Origin: Macrostomum lignano | Taxonomy: Eukaryota | Assembly (NCBI GenBank): GCA_002269645.1 | Contig: NIVC01000074.1 | Location: 62,001 to 126,000 of the forward strand | Direction: 5' to 3' | DNA length: 64,000 nt | Part shown: positions 44,701-57,503 of the stretch, in pieces | Layout: each line of letters starts with the position of its first letter | Numbering within the stretch: position 1 is the first letter of the stretch | The notes under the pieces: model-generated | The model's input: the letters and a program-made list of their open reading frames with translations, nothing else | Databases searched by the model: none | Told to the model about the DNA's origin: nothing | Program-made: the position numbers and the translations under genes

Positions 44701-45599
44701 AATGTCCTTGATTTTTACACATACTAATTAAGCTATTGGATTACAATAGGAATCATTAATCTGAAATCTGTAACGACCGAATGATTGGTGAACTTGAAGC
44801 ATAAACTAAAAATAGCAGCACTTGAATATTTGATTAGAAAGTACAAAATGTTTTGTGGCACTAAGAAGTTTTCGAACAACTCGAATATTTTAATAACAAT
44901 AATAGGAACACAGTCAGTTAGCAGAACTAAAGCAGATTAAGCATCACAGACGACCGCCGAAGTACAATAACGGATAAGCCAAAGTTTTACTTCAAGAGTA
45001 CAAACAATTTTTTCTGTGCTAATCAAAACTCAGAAAATTAGTACAAAAAAACAAAAAATTCCGACATAAAAAGCACCATGAGGATAATAGATTTTTGGTA
45101 AATAATTTCTTTACAACATAACTGAAATCAAAATTACTGACTTTATTACGATTGTAGAAATAATTCATATGCCAAGTACAGAAAACACGATTGCAAATTA
45201 ATATTAATAGTAATCTTTTTATATATAAAAACAATTGTAGGATTTAGGATTTAGAAATAATACACTAATCGATAAGTGAAATAAAGCTAAAATAAAAATA
45301 ATGATCATAATCACTGCTGTTCGTTAGGATAGTGATCGTTTGTGTATAGTTTTTTACTACCGCATTGATGGGTATTACTTTTCTTAAAATTTGCCTACTG
45401 ATTAAGTGATTTGTATGGCATTTTGGGGGTCGCAAGGAGAAAGGCAGGGCCGTTGTACATCCAGTTCCTGAGTACAGTATCTCTGAGTACGTGTGTACTA
45501 TGGCCAGCGAATTGGACAGCTCCATGCCTTCTCTCTAGCTCACAGATACTAAAATAGCTGGATGGGCCACTCAGGCATAAACCTCGTAAAACAGCTTTC

Positions 45600-46168
45600 T
45601 ACTTTCAGTTCAGCAGCAAGGAAGAATACATAAGCTATTCTTATAAAAATAAAGGCAGCTGAAAAGACTTCGATAAGTTTAAAAGCCCGAGCTTGCAGGC
45701 GTAAACAACTTGCTAATTGATTCAGCAGAAGTGTACATTAGCCAGTCCACTGAATGTACATGGCAGCTTTAGGCTGGAATTCCGAGAAAGGCAATAAAAA
45801 TTGGGGCGGAGTAGTGTGGAATAGCACTGTTGGGGTGTTAAGTTGGGGGTAAGAGCCAATATGCCTTGGCTTTAAAAATACCATAAAATGCTTTTGTTTA
45901 ATTTACTACTGAGGCAGCTTTGATAATTTTAGAGGCTCAAAGCTTGCAGGCGTAAACAAATTGCTAATTGGTTCAGCAATAATGTACATTAGCCACTCCA
46001 CTGAAATGTACACGGCCGCTTTAGGCTGGAATTCCGAGAAAGGCAATAAAAATTGGGGCGGGGCAAGTGTGGAAAGGCGCGGTTGGAGGGTTTAAGCTGG
46101 GGGTAAGAGCCTTGGCTTTAAACATGCATTAAAATGCTTCTGTTTAACTTGCTACTGAACTGAAAGTA
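45600..46168. mobile_element. MITE-like element with 21-bp TIRs and an internal ~250-bp direct duplication
   Basis: TACTTTCAGTTCAGCAGCAAG versus CTTGCTACTGAACTGAAAGTA (1 mismatch); ~45690-45880 is duplicated at ~45940-46140. Confidence 0.55.
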
Positions 46169-46265
46169 GCTTACATGCAAATGTGCTGAGTGTCTTATTT
46201 AGTTATTCTGGTATCTGTCAACTATCAGCAGGCAAGTTCTTGGCAGAATAACAGAGAGTGCAGTC

Positions 46266-49200
46266 CTACAGATGCGTGGGATCCAACTGGCTAGTAAAAT
46301 CGGCGCCAACCTCTTTCAAATGATTGCGCAACAGTTCATCCACTATCTGGCCGGCGGACCAACTGAATGGACAGCCGTAGTGCGGACTAACCGACTGGTT
46401 GCCATAGTAACAAGCTAGCCGAGTTGGCGGCGACAAATTCGATCCGTTGCTATGCAGAAGGCGTTGCAAATTATTTACCGTAGGCGCAGTGTAAACTGTA
46501 TTCGGCATCAGCTTATCGGTTGAAGCGAACCGAGCATTCCTGCTATAATTCTCTGTCCAGAATTGCAGCTCGCACACTTGCCAACGATTCATAATCGGAT
46601 TAGAGATCTGTCGATAGAGAATATTAATAAATAATTCGCGCACGCCAGGATTAACATAGGCTTGCCAGTCGAATAAGCTGCCTAATTGAGCTGGGACTGC
46701 GGAGTCTCCGCTGCCGCCGCAGCCGCCACCAAACAGAATATCATCAATTGAGGCTGTTGCATTCTCCTGGAACACTGGCCACTGAATTGTGTCGTGCAGC
46801 AGAGTTAAGTAGACTGAACTCATCTCAAATGCTGCTGGGTAGCGCTTGGTTAACTGCCATACGCAGTCTAAGAACAGAAGGAACAGAGGGCCTCCGCCGC
46901 TGCCGCTGCCGGTGCTAACCCCGCCTGGACTGGGCACTGGGCCGCTAGCGGAGCCTGAAGCAACGGAACCCTACGGATTGTTGAAGGGGGGGGGGTGTCG
47001 AAAAGCGGGTAGGATAGTGGGGAGATGAGATTAAGGGAGATTAAGGGAGAAGATGAAGGGCGGTGAAAAGAGAAGATGAAGGGAGATAAAGGGAGAAAAT
47101 TAAGGGAGTTGAAAGGAGAAGATTAAGGGAGATAAAGGGAGATTTAAGGCAAAGATTAAGAGAGATAAAGAGAGACGAAGGGAAAAGATTAAGGGAGATT
47201 TAAGGCGAAGATTAAGGGAGATGAAGGGAGAAGATTAAGGGAGATTTAAGGCGAAGATTAAGGGAGATGAAGGGAGATGAATGGAGAAGATTAAGGGAGA
47301 TAAAGGGAGATAAAGAGGAGAAGATTAAGGGAGATGAAGGGAGAAGATTAAGGGAGATTTAAGGCGAAGATGAAGGGAGATGAAGGGAGATGAATGGAGA
47401 AGATTAAGGGAGATTTAAGGAGAAGATTAAGGGAGATGAAGGGATCAGACACGAGCTTAGAATGACTCAGATGGGAGAGATGAAGGCCGTCAGGAGTGCA
47501 TGAAAGGAAATGAAGTGAGCATGAGCAGAACATATGAATGGGCAATAGAGGACGAGCCAGATAGAGAGTGACAAGTTCGATTCGCTCACCTGATCAATCG
47601 CAGTGGCCGAATCGTCCACCTCGTCCATCTGTCCGAGATTAAGCAGCCTAGTCCTGAATGGATGCCTACTGACCCATTCAAGCTGGACGAGCTGTTGAAA
47701 ACCAGCCAGACTGCGCGATTCCGGACACAGCATTAGGCGAATCAAGCTGGCCAACAGACAGTTCCAGTCTCTGTCAGTGGATTCAACAAGCCAAATTGTC
47801 TTGTTTCGTTGTTGCACATCCTGGGCCAGTTGGGCCGCCGTGTCCAGGCACTGGTGCACCAGGCGTAACCAGCCCGTGGCCTTTTGAGCGGTTTTGGGGA
47901 GTGGCGGTATGAGATATAGCGGCTGTATATGCTGAAACTGCAGTCTCAAATGCATAGCTTCATATCCATATTTTATATTCTTAGTCACTGCTTTTATTCG
48001 TAACTTCCCATTTGTTTTACGAGTATTTGTCTCTTCTCAACTCACTGACTGACTCACTCTCTCTTCTCAAACTCAACTGGGTCTCTGTCTTTTCTCAAAC
48101 TCAATTGGGTCACTCCGTCTCTTCTCAAACTCAACTGAGTCACTCTGTCTCTTCTCAAACTCAATTGGGTCACTCCGTCTCTTCTCAAACTCAATTGGGT
48201 CACTCCGTCTCTTCTCAAACTCAATTGGGTCACTCTGTCTCTTCTCAAACTCAATTGGGTCACTCTGTCTCTTCTCAAACTCGACTGAGTCACTCTGTCT
48301 CTTCTCAAACTCAATTGGGTCACTCTGTCTCTTCTCAAACTCAACTGAATCACTCCGTCTCTTCTCAAACTCAATAGGGTCACTCCGTCTCTTCTCAAGC
48401 TCAATTGGGTCATTCTGCCTCTACTCACTGAGTCCCGCTGGCCCTACTCATTGAGATTCGCTATCTCTTCGCTTGTATGTGCTAAGGAGTCAACGGGATT
48501 GCCGTCAGCAGTGGTTGTGGGATCATATTATTGCGCCATATTATCATTACCACCCTATTTCTTCCTACTGTCCCCTCCGCCTGTTACTCTCCCGCAGACC
48601 TCCAAGCCGCTGTAGAAGCTGGCATCAGAGTCATTCTTCCGCAGCCGATCCAAGCTTATGCTATCAGAGCTGGTAGCCGCAGTGACGCAGTGCCGCAGAA
48701 GCCGCCGCCTGGCTTGAGCAACTATTCGAATTTGCTCCAACTTCTGATCGCAATTGAATATTTCCAAATTAGGATATAATTCTCTTAGCTGGGCTTCAAA
48801 TTCCACCGATTGTTTAAAAAAACTCGAAGACGATTCCGAGATTGAATCGTCTTTAGAACGGGCCGAACGAATCACGATGACGGTGGCCGAGTGGCACAGC
48901 ACTAGGCGCGGATAGCCGCCGTCACGATAGTACTCAATAGCCGCCTTGTCAACAGCTGGCACCGACTGCTGCTGCGAGCTGGTCGGAATCAGAGGTACAA
49001 TTATGCGGCTGCCGTTGGATAGGAGCTCGTCAGCGATGGGACCGGCTGCTGACCACTGCCTGACAATGGGATTATTGGGCATTTGTCTGTGGTATTTTGG
49101 GTATTTGACAATGGGATTATTTGGGCATTTGTCTGTGGCATTTTGGGTATTTGACAATGGGATTATTTGGGCATTTGTCTGTGGTATTTTGGGTATTTGA

Positions 49201-50445
49201 CAAGGGGATTTTTGGGCATTTGTCTGTGGCATTTTGGGTATTTGACAATGGGATTTTTGGGCATTTGTCTGTGGTATTTTGGGTATTTGACAATGGGATT
49301 ATTTGGGCATTTGTCTGTGGCATTTTGGGTATTTGACAATGGGATCATTGGGCATTTGTCTGTGGCATTTTGGGTATTTGACAATGGGATTATTTGGGCA
49401 TTTGTCTGTGGTATTTTGGGTATTTGACAATGGGATTATTTGGGCATTTGTCTGTGGTATTTTGGGTATTTGACAATGGGATTATTTGGGCATTTGTCTG
49501 TGGTATTTTGGGTATTTGACAATGGGATTATTTGGGCATTTGTCTGTGGTATTTTGGGTATTTGACAATGGATCATTGGGCATTTGTATGTGGTACTTTG
49601 GGTATTTGACAAGGGGATTTCTGGGCATTTGTCTGTGGCATTTTGGGTATTTGACAATGGGATTATTTGGGCATTTGTCTGTGGTATTTTGGGTATTTGA
49701 CAATGGGATTTTTTGGGCATTTGTCTGTGGCATTTTGGGTATTTGACAATGGGATTATTTGGGCATTTGTCTGTGGTATTTTGGGTATTTGACAATGGGA
49801 TCATTGGGCATTTGTCTGTGGTATTTTCGGTATTTGACAATGGGATTATTTGGGCATTTGTCTGTGGCATTTGGGGTATTTGACAATGGGATTATTGGGC
49901 ATTTGTCTATGGCATTTTGGCTATTTGGACTATTGGCTGTCTGTCAATGGGATCATGGGTCATTTGTCAATGGGAGTTTTGGGTCATTTGTCAATGGGAG
50001 TTTTGGGTCATATTTCAATGGGATTTTTAGGTCATTTCATTAAGAGGTGACACTTTTTGTGCTTGTTTCACATCCGATCGTAGGCTAAACGCAACTTCCA
50101 GTTCTGCACATACTACTCGGAATAATCTTGACCCAATCTTGGCCGCCATGTAAGCTTTTCGAGTCATACTCTATACTTTCTACTTGTCAGTAGACGAAGA
50201 CTGGCAAGTCGGTTTGCAGTTAAATCTGTACACCACAAAAATACTGTTTATAACGCTTTACGACGCTTAAAAAACCCCCTATATGCAGGTTTTTGCGTCG
50301 AAAATCCGCTCACTGAATCATGAAACTTCCGTAATCAATTCGCTTGCATGGAAACAAGCCGCTGCTGCTGCTCTCCGTGTCCTGACGGGAGCCGAAAGCG
50401 AATAGGCACAGATTGGACAACAGGCGACTGATTTCGTCTGATGGC

Positions 50446-50477
<32 letters not shown>

Positions 50478-50858
50478 CTGAGAAGCCGCATCCTGGCGCT
50501 CGTATCGATTCATTCTGCGACTGATTCCGTCTATTAGGGAGGCCCGCAAAGAGTCCGGGAATGTCGACAGCTGGCCCATGGAGCGGCCGCCGGCGCTGCC
50601 TCCACCGCCGCCGCCTCCTCCGCCGCCGCTGCCACTGGAACCTGCGCCGCTTTTCGAGAGGCCCTCCAGTAAGCTGCGGCGCTGCCGATGCTGCGAGTTG
50701 AAGCAGAATTTGTACCTGCAAAATGCATGTAGTATGCGGTGATTCATTAATCAAATAAGATTAAATGCACCAGGCACTGATGTACAGGGTCGAAGACAGA
50801 CAGACAGTCAGACAGGAAGCAAAAACAGACAGACAGACAGGCAGACAGACTGACATGC

Positions 50859-50897
<39 letters not shown>

Positions 50898-51062
50898 TAG
50901 ACAGGCAGACAGACAGATAGACAGGCAGACAGGCAGACAGACAGGCAGACAGGAAGCAAAAACAGACAGACAGACAGACAGACAGACAGATAGACAGGCA
51001 GACAGACAGACAGACAGATAGACAGGCAGACAGACAGACAGGCAGACAGACAGGAAGCAAAA

Positions 51063-51119
<57 letters not shown>

Positions 51120-51963
51120 TAGACAGACAGGCAGACAGACAGACAGACAGGCAGACAGACAGACAGACAGACAGGCAGACAGACAGACAGGCAGACAGAC
51201 AGACAGGCAGACAGACAGACAGACAGGCAGACAGACAGGCAGACAGACAGGCATGTAGACAGACAGACAGGCAGACAGATAGACAGGCAGACTGGTAGCA
51301 AAAACAGCCACAGACAGGCAGGTATAAAAAAACAGACAGACAGGCAGACAGACAGGCAGACAGGCAGGTAGCAAAAAAACAGACAGACAGGCAGACGAGC
51401 AGGTAGCAAAAGAGACACTAAGACAGAGTGACATGTCTCAATAAGCATAATGTTTATTAGTTCAGACAGCAAAACAGACAAAACTTACTGCAAGTATTGC
51501 AGTAAAAATCAAAATAAATTATTTGCAATCTGCACTTGACCTTTCCTAATTACCTGGTAAAATCGCAGCAATTAATCTCGAGTTTGTCTACTTTGCTAGG
51601 CAGACTGGAATTCTGCGCGGCACAACTGAAGCTGCGCACTTTAGTTTTCTTGCGCTGACTCTGCACCAGCACCAGGTGATCAATGCTAGGCAAATAGATG
51701 CTTAAATAATTTGCCCGATCTTTAATAAACACTTGAGGAAAGAAATTGCCCTGAATGCTGACAGGCAGAAATACGAGGCGCATGTTGGTTAGTACAAGTT
51801 TGCCATCAATGTACCACACTTTCTCTGGAAGTTGCAGGGACACCGTCATGCCAGTTTTGTCACCCAAGGCATATGACACCATCTCATCTTTGTAAAGGTC
51901 AATGCCATGCTCTTCTTGCTTGCCAGTGCTGCTAATGCTGGTCTTGTGAGACACAGTGTACAT
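46266..51963 (-). CDS. MTMR10/11/12: Myotubularin-related pseudophosphatase (MTMR10/11/12 subfamily); exons approx. 51963-51554, 50715-50314, 49059-~48588, ~47937-47590, 46970-46266; 5' end uncertain
   Basis: GRAM-like GKLVLTNMRLVF; YKFCF..LFAF; GWLRLVHQCLDTA; active-site position reads LVESTDRDWNCLLASL instead of VHCSDGWDRT; SLAGFQQLVQLEWV..PF..R; PLFLLFLDCVWQL..YPAAFEMSSVYLTLLHD. Confidence 0.88.
47030..47445. repeat. Purine-rich low-complexity repeat (AGATTAAGGGAGATGAAGGGAGA..) in MTMR intron
   Basis: Directly visible. Confidence 0.9.
48055..48415. repeat. 30-bp minisatellite TCTTCTCAAACTCAATTGGGTCACTCCGTC in MTMR intron
   Basis: About 12 copies. Confidence 0.95.
49061..49925. repeat. 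45-46-bp minisatellite GGGCATTTGTCTGTGGTATTTTGGGTATTTGACAATGGGATTATTT in MTMR intron
   Basis: About 19 copies. Confidence 0.95.
50793..51412. repeat. (GACA)n/(GGCA)n microsatellite in MTMR intron
   Basis: Directly visible; source of the spurious LSVC ORFs. Confidence 0.97.
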
Positions 51964-53694
51964 GCTTGTCTGCTTTTTTTCTCTTGATGCTCACTTAATA
52001 TTGCAGTAAGCCAGTTTATTGGTAATATCAATGACAATTATTTTATTCATTAAGTTTAGAGGCCATGCATAAAAAAATGTAAGCCAATATGAATAACAAT
52101 GTTATGATGATCTACTTGTTTAATTTAAATTATTATTCATGTTGTCCCTGTTGGAATAAATTCTAAAAATATACAGAGACTGAGGCATATCAAGGGTTCA
52201 CAGACAGATAGACTGGGAGGAGAAGAACTAAGGGATGATTATGCACATCAGAAATTGCACATGCTGAATATTATTTGACAAGGGCAATAACTATAGAAAA
52301 CTTGCCATATTGCCAGTTTACTTTGAAAATGCATCAATCAACTTATATTACAGATGCACTAAACTTGATATTGGCAATGGAGTTTGAAATGAAAAGCAGC
52401 AACAAGATTGCAGACATCACCTGCAAGATTTGTTCCAGTCATGGACCCTAACATTCACTCTACAGAAAGGTGGAGACATGCAGTTTTTACAATTTGGAGT
52501 CGTGGTCAGAAATGCCCTGAAATTCAGGAAAACCTGACCTACATTCATGGTCCCAATTTCATCAGTTGATGAACAGTTTACAGGTAGATCGAACAGTTCG
52601 AGGCTGGCTGAAGATGTTAAAGGCCAACCACCTTTGGGTAAGTTGGCAACACACTATGGTCAGCCTCAAACTGCTGTCTTGCGACTCTGTGCTTGATCAG
52701 CTCTACTTGTGGCTTTCTTCTGAGTGAGCATAGCACTATGCGGTGTGTATTTCTATGGCCAAGGGTATGCAAACAAATGCATGCTGCTTACAGCAGGAAG
52801 CACTTATAAAAATGGGACTTGCATGGCATGAAAGCTAAAATAAGCCACCCACTTTTAAGGCAAATGATTCTTTTAATACTTGTGGAAGCAAATGTGACAC
52901 TACTTCTGGGATACCCCTCATATTTTTGGCTTAAAATAGTGCCATAATAAAGTCATTGCTACCATAGCTGATAAGAATCATATTGTAAGATATAGGCCTA
53001 TTGTTAATAACTGACTTTTTTGGCATTTAATATATTAGTCATATTTCAACATTGCACACATAATAGCAAAAAATACTTTTGCAATGACCATTTTGTCTAA
53101 AGCTGACCATTTAAGATTTGTTCCAAGCTATGCTGAAGAGTTTTTGTTGTTTTAGAAGAAATTTAAAAAGAAAAATAAATAACTTTATAAAGGCTAATTT
53201 TATTGTGACATGGTTTTGTTCTGTCACAGTTTAATTTAGTTGTTTTATTAGATGCCATTCTGGCCATTATGGCAGGATTTCAAAGTACAATTTTAGGAAC
53301 AGGAAATCTGAAAAACCACATTGTCAATTGTCATCATCCATAATCTATCAACTGCATATATTGATAGATCACATGTACATAACATAGCTACAAGCTAAGT
53401 CATAAGTTTTTTAATTCTATAATTGCAAATAATTTGCAGCAATAAACAATTTATTAAAAGCTTCAATCACCAAAGTGGTATGTTTGCAATTATATATGTA
53501 GCCCATTTTTTGCCAAACTAGTCACTTTCTTTCGCCAAAATGTACATCTATTTAATGTGTACTAAAAATTTACTTTCGCTAAAGCATCTTTTGCAAAAAA
53601 TTCATTTACCAAAATGGGCTGCACCCAAAAGGTTATGAGTAGGGCCTAGTCAAAAAGCAGACAAATCAACTAGAAACCAACATTCCAGATCATA

Positions 53695-54485
53695 TAGGCT
53701 CATTCCATATAAGATGAACATTTTTGGAAAATAGAAAAAAGTCAATATTTTTGCTTGCCATTGCCTTATCAGCCAATTTTTTTACCAAATGTTTTTTATG
53801 TGTAATATCTACAATCTAAGAATAAATGAATGATAAAATGTTAGATTAGTATGCTATCAAGTGGCAAAAAGTCATTTTTGTAAAAATTTAGACATTTTTC
53901 TAAGCAAAAGACATCATTAAGTTTGTGTACCTTTTAAAAACAAATAGAAAGCTTTGGAAGGTTAAAACAAACTATAGATAAAAGTATAGTACTTGCATCA
54001 TCAGATAAAAGTATTGGTGACCAAATAATCTATTATATTTTTAATATATTGGTACCTCAAAGTTACTGAATTGACAGAAAAAAATATGTTACGACCATAA
54101 TGTTACGACCATAAGGCTGCATTTTCTTTTGTATCTTTGTTGCCTTTTTGAGTTTATATATTCTACAAAAAGAGTATGATTACTAAAGATGTTCTTAGTC
54201 AAATTTTAAAAAATGTATTGCAAAATATCAAAAATAAAAATGTTATAAGACTTTTACCTTTTAGTTTCTATATGTCAAAAATCCTGTTGTTACGACCATA
54301 AGTGCCATTCAAGGTTTAATAGCATCTATACTAATGATGATATCTACATGAAACTCTATAAAAATATTTTTGACAAAATTATCTTTCATTTAAAATATTG
54401 GTTTAGTATATTCTATTATTATATTTCATTTTATAAGTAAAAATAGCCTGTCATGTTACGACCATGCTTATATGGAATGAGCCTA
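53695..54485. mobile_element. Non-autonomous DNA transposon with 19-bp TIRs
   Basis: TAGGCTCATTCCATATAAG versus CTTATATGGAATGAGCCTA (perfect), flanked by TA on both sides; internal TTACGACCAT repeats. Confidence 0.7.
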
Positions 54486-55608
54486 TAGTATATGCCTGAA
54501 AATTTGGGTATCTATTGGCTTTGCATGCCAAAAATTAGGCATATACAGTTGGCACGCATTATCCTTAAGAAAATAATGTGCATGCACACCTGGTCTGCAT
54601 TTTATAGAATCACATAGAAAAGTTAATGTTAAGTGGAAAAATATTAAAATGTTTATTTTTAAGCATAAATTTCAAGCTTTCCAGTTTTTAAGCTTTTAAC
54701 CCCTCCTAAATCTTTTATATAAACTAGAAAATAACTAGACTAACCAGAAATTTTAGTGTACAACAGACCTAAAAGGGTTAGCATAAAGTATCCAATATAC
54801 AAAACATATCACTGGAAAGTTGAACCATAGAGCTGGCATATGGTATAAGAAAACTGAAATATTGTAATGTAAGTAAGGGTCTTATATTGTTATAATATAC
54901 AAAAAAGGTCCTTTATTGTTGCAATGATTTTTTGATAATGCTTGGCAAGTAAAGTAATAGTAATAGTAGTAGTAGTAGTAAATTTGGCTCAGGCTTAAGG
55001 AGCCTGTTATGCCAGTATGATCCGATTTATTTATTCAAATCTTAGTAAATTAAGTAAATTTAGTAAATAGTAAATTTAGTAAATTTGTTTTTCTGGTATA
55101 AATTGAATTTATAATGTTAGGGGTCATTTTTTCTGGCATACTGTATAATAGATTTGAGAGTGTATGCTTATAATAGGCCTAAAGCATTTAAATAGACAAA
55201 TGTTTATGCATATCAATTTTTTGCTGTAAAAAGTAGCAATAAAAAATAAAAAACAATCAACTGAATTATCTGCCAAAAGGGTTATTTTAACAATGCAAAA
55301 TGGTCATTTATAGTTGCATTGCAAAAAGGTCATCTATTGTCACAACACTAGGTGACTTAGTGACTAGCCTGCACTAGCATGCACTGATTAGCATGCACTT
55401 ACATTTTTTGGCATGCACTTGTGACCATTCAATTGTTGTTTAGGTGTGCACCAAACATGATCAAGACTATGGCTGGAAACCGCCCAAGCCTAGCTTTAAT
55501 TTTAAAGGCTAAATAAACTCAACCAACAAAAGTTAGGCCTACTTAAATCTTTTAGTTTTACTAGGCCCTATGGCTACTTGATGAGTAAATCTTGTCATAC
55601 TTTTCAAC

Positions 55609-55913
55609 GGGGTGCCGTCAAAACAGCCACACGCAGAACGGCCACACGATGTAATAATAAGAGATACGAGAAGTGGAGGGTTGAATGTACATTTAAGTAG
55701 AAAGATAAATGATGAACGATCGGGGGGGGGGGGTGGCGTACATGGGGGCCGAGGCACTGGTCAATTAAGAATAAAGGTGGATGGTCAATTATTTGATCTG
55801 CAATCGATCTGCAACCCTTTTTGTTTTATGTGGCCGTTTTGTCGTGTGGCCGTTTTGACGGTGTGGCCGTTTTGTCGTGGCCGTTCCGCGTGTGGCCGTT
55901 TTGACGGGCATCC
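55609..55913. mobile_element. MITE (~305 bp) with ~40-bp TIRs and a 9-bp TSD (Mutator-like; 8-bp reading also possible)
   Basis: GGGGTGCCGTCAAAACAGCCACACGCAGAACGGCCAC versus GTGGCCGTTCCGCGTGTGGCCGTTTTGACGGGCATCC; TSD CTTTTCAAC at 55600-55608 and 55914-55922. Confidence 0.8.
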
Positions 55914-57503
55914 CTTTTCAACACATACGTTTAATTATACTATATACAATAAAACTATGTATAGACTAGACGGACTACATTTTCACCAGTTAATTTGTCG
56001 CCTTCAGCTTAAGCTCAGGCTTCTACGTTTTACTACCGTGCCCATAACTAATAAGTACAAGTAATCAGTTCACAAAATGTAAGACTATTTTGCATCAAAC
56101 AAAAAAATAATTTTAATGTACAAAGAATAATAACGGAGAACAAAAAGCTGGCAGACGACACACACCAGTCACCGGAATGTACTCGAGTAGTTGACAACTA
56201 GCTAATTTAAGCAAGCGAACTTCTTAATGCTTCTTAGAATATTTTTGTTTTAAAATATAATAAATGGTAAAACAAAATACTTTATAGGTATAGTAGAAAT
56301 TGTGTTTTAAAGAAATTTAATCGATACAGCTCATCTTATGTTTTAATTTTTTTTAATATTCAATTGCAAAATTTATCTATTTGCTTCAAAACAAAAACAG
56401 AAGCACGCACGCTGAAGCCTGAATGATGATTTTTGACAATTATAGTCGGATCTGCTCAAAACTCTATGTAGTATATGTTAGTATATTAGATTATACAACA
56501 GTTCCCTAACAAAAAGTAGTAATTTAGTGATTGATTGCAAATTAATTAAAAACACTTACAAAATTTACTATATTTAATCGCCCATTTATCTCAGTCTCCG
56601 ACACAAACTATGACAACTATTAGGCCTTTTACTGCGAATGACTTGTTCAAAATTGCCAATGTGTAAGTATTTTTAAGTATTTGGTATCAAGTATTTGCTA
56701 AAAAACTTGCCTTTTGATTAACTAGGCCTATCTTAAAATGCACAGTGATAGATAGGATAGGGGCAGGGGTGGTAGGTTATTTCATTGACAAGTTTTTTTT
56801 CAAATGAACTGTCTGTCTCTAAAATTCCCAAGGACGAAATGAGCCAGAGTCTAGTTGTACTTTTAAAGTAAATGAATGGCTTATATATGGATCTATGTAA
56901 TTGTAAGTTATGCATTTCAATCAAATTATTTGATTTCATATTTTATAGGCCTATTATTTAGCCTATTTTATTATCAGATTTAATCCCTTCCATGTGCTTA
57001 TTCTATACCAGGATCAATAACTATGTTTAATCCAATACAGTGTAGTGATAGTTGCTCATAGGCTTAGTCTTTTTATATCCTTTTTCCTAGACCCAGGTTT
57101 ATATATTGACCCTGGCTGTATGTAGTCTTTCATTGGCATGTATATGACGTAGGGTTAGTTGGGACTAGCCTGCTTAAATGTATGATGCACAATAACCCAC
57201 AGTCTTATATAGGAGCTGCTTAGGGTGGGGCTGCTGTACAATGCGCTTCTTCTTTCTAAAGTGCCTAATAAAAATGTAGACTTTAGCTTTGTACTAGGCA
57301 AGAAGAACTTGCAGATTTAAAGCTTTATTAGCCACAATTTTTTAATAGTTTAAATCCCAAACAGTACCAATAAGGCAGCAGAAATCTTCTTATATTTGCA
57401 TTTTTCTAGTACTTTGTTTTACATATAGCTTTTAGTGGTAGAGACGCACAATTCGATGGGCATACAACATTAGTACAAGTCACTAGGGTCCTAGGGAGCT
57501 ATA

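Noticed and set aside
48946-50050. Overlapping MPQTNAQ / MGICLW ORFs
   Set aside because: 46-bp minisatellite; only 49059-48588 of the 48555-49232 ORF is real exon
50747-51481. Hydrophobic LSVC-repeat ORFs resembling membrane proteins
   Set aside because: (GACA)n microsatellite translations
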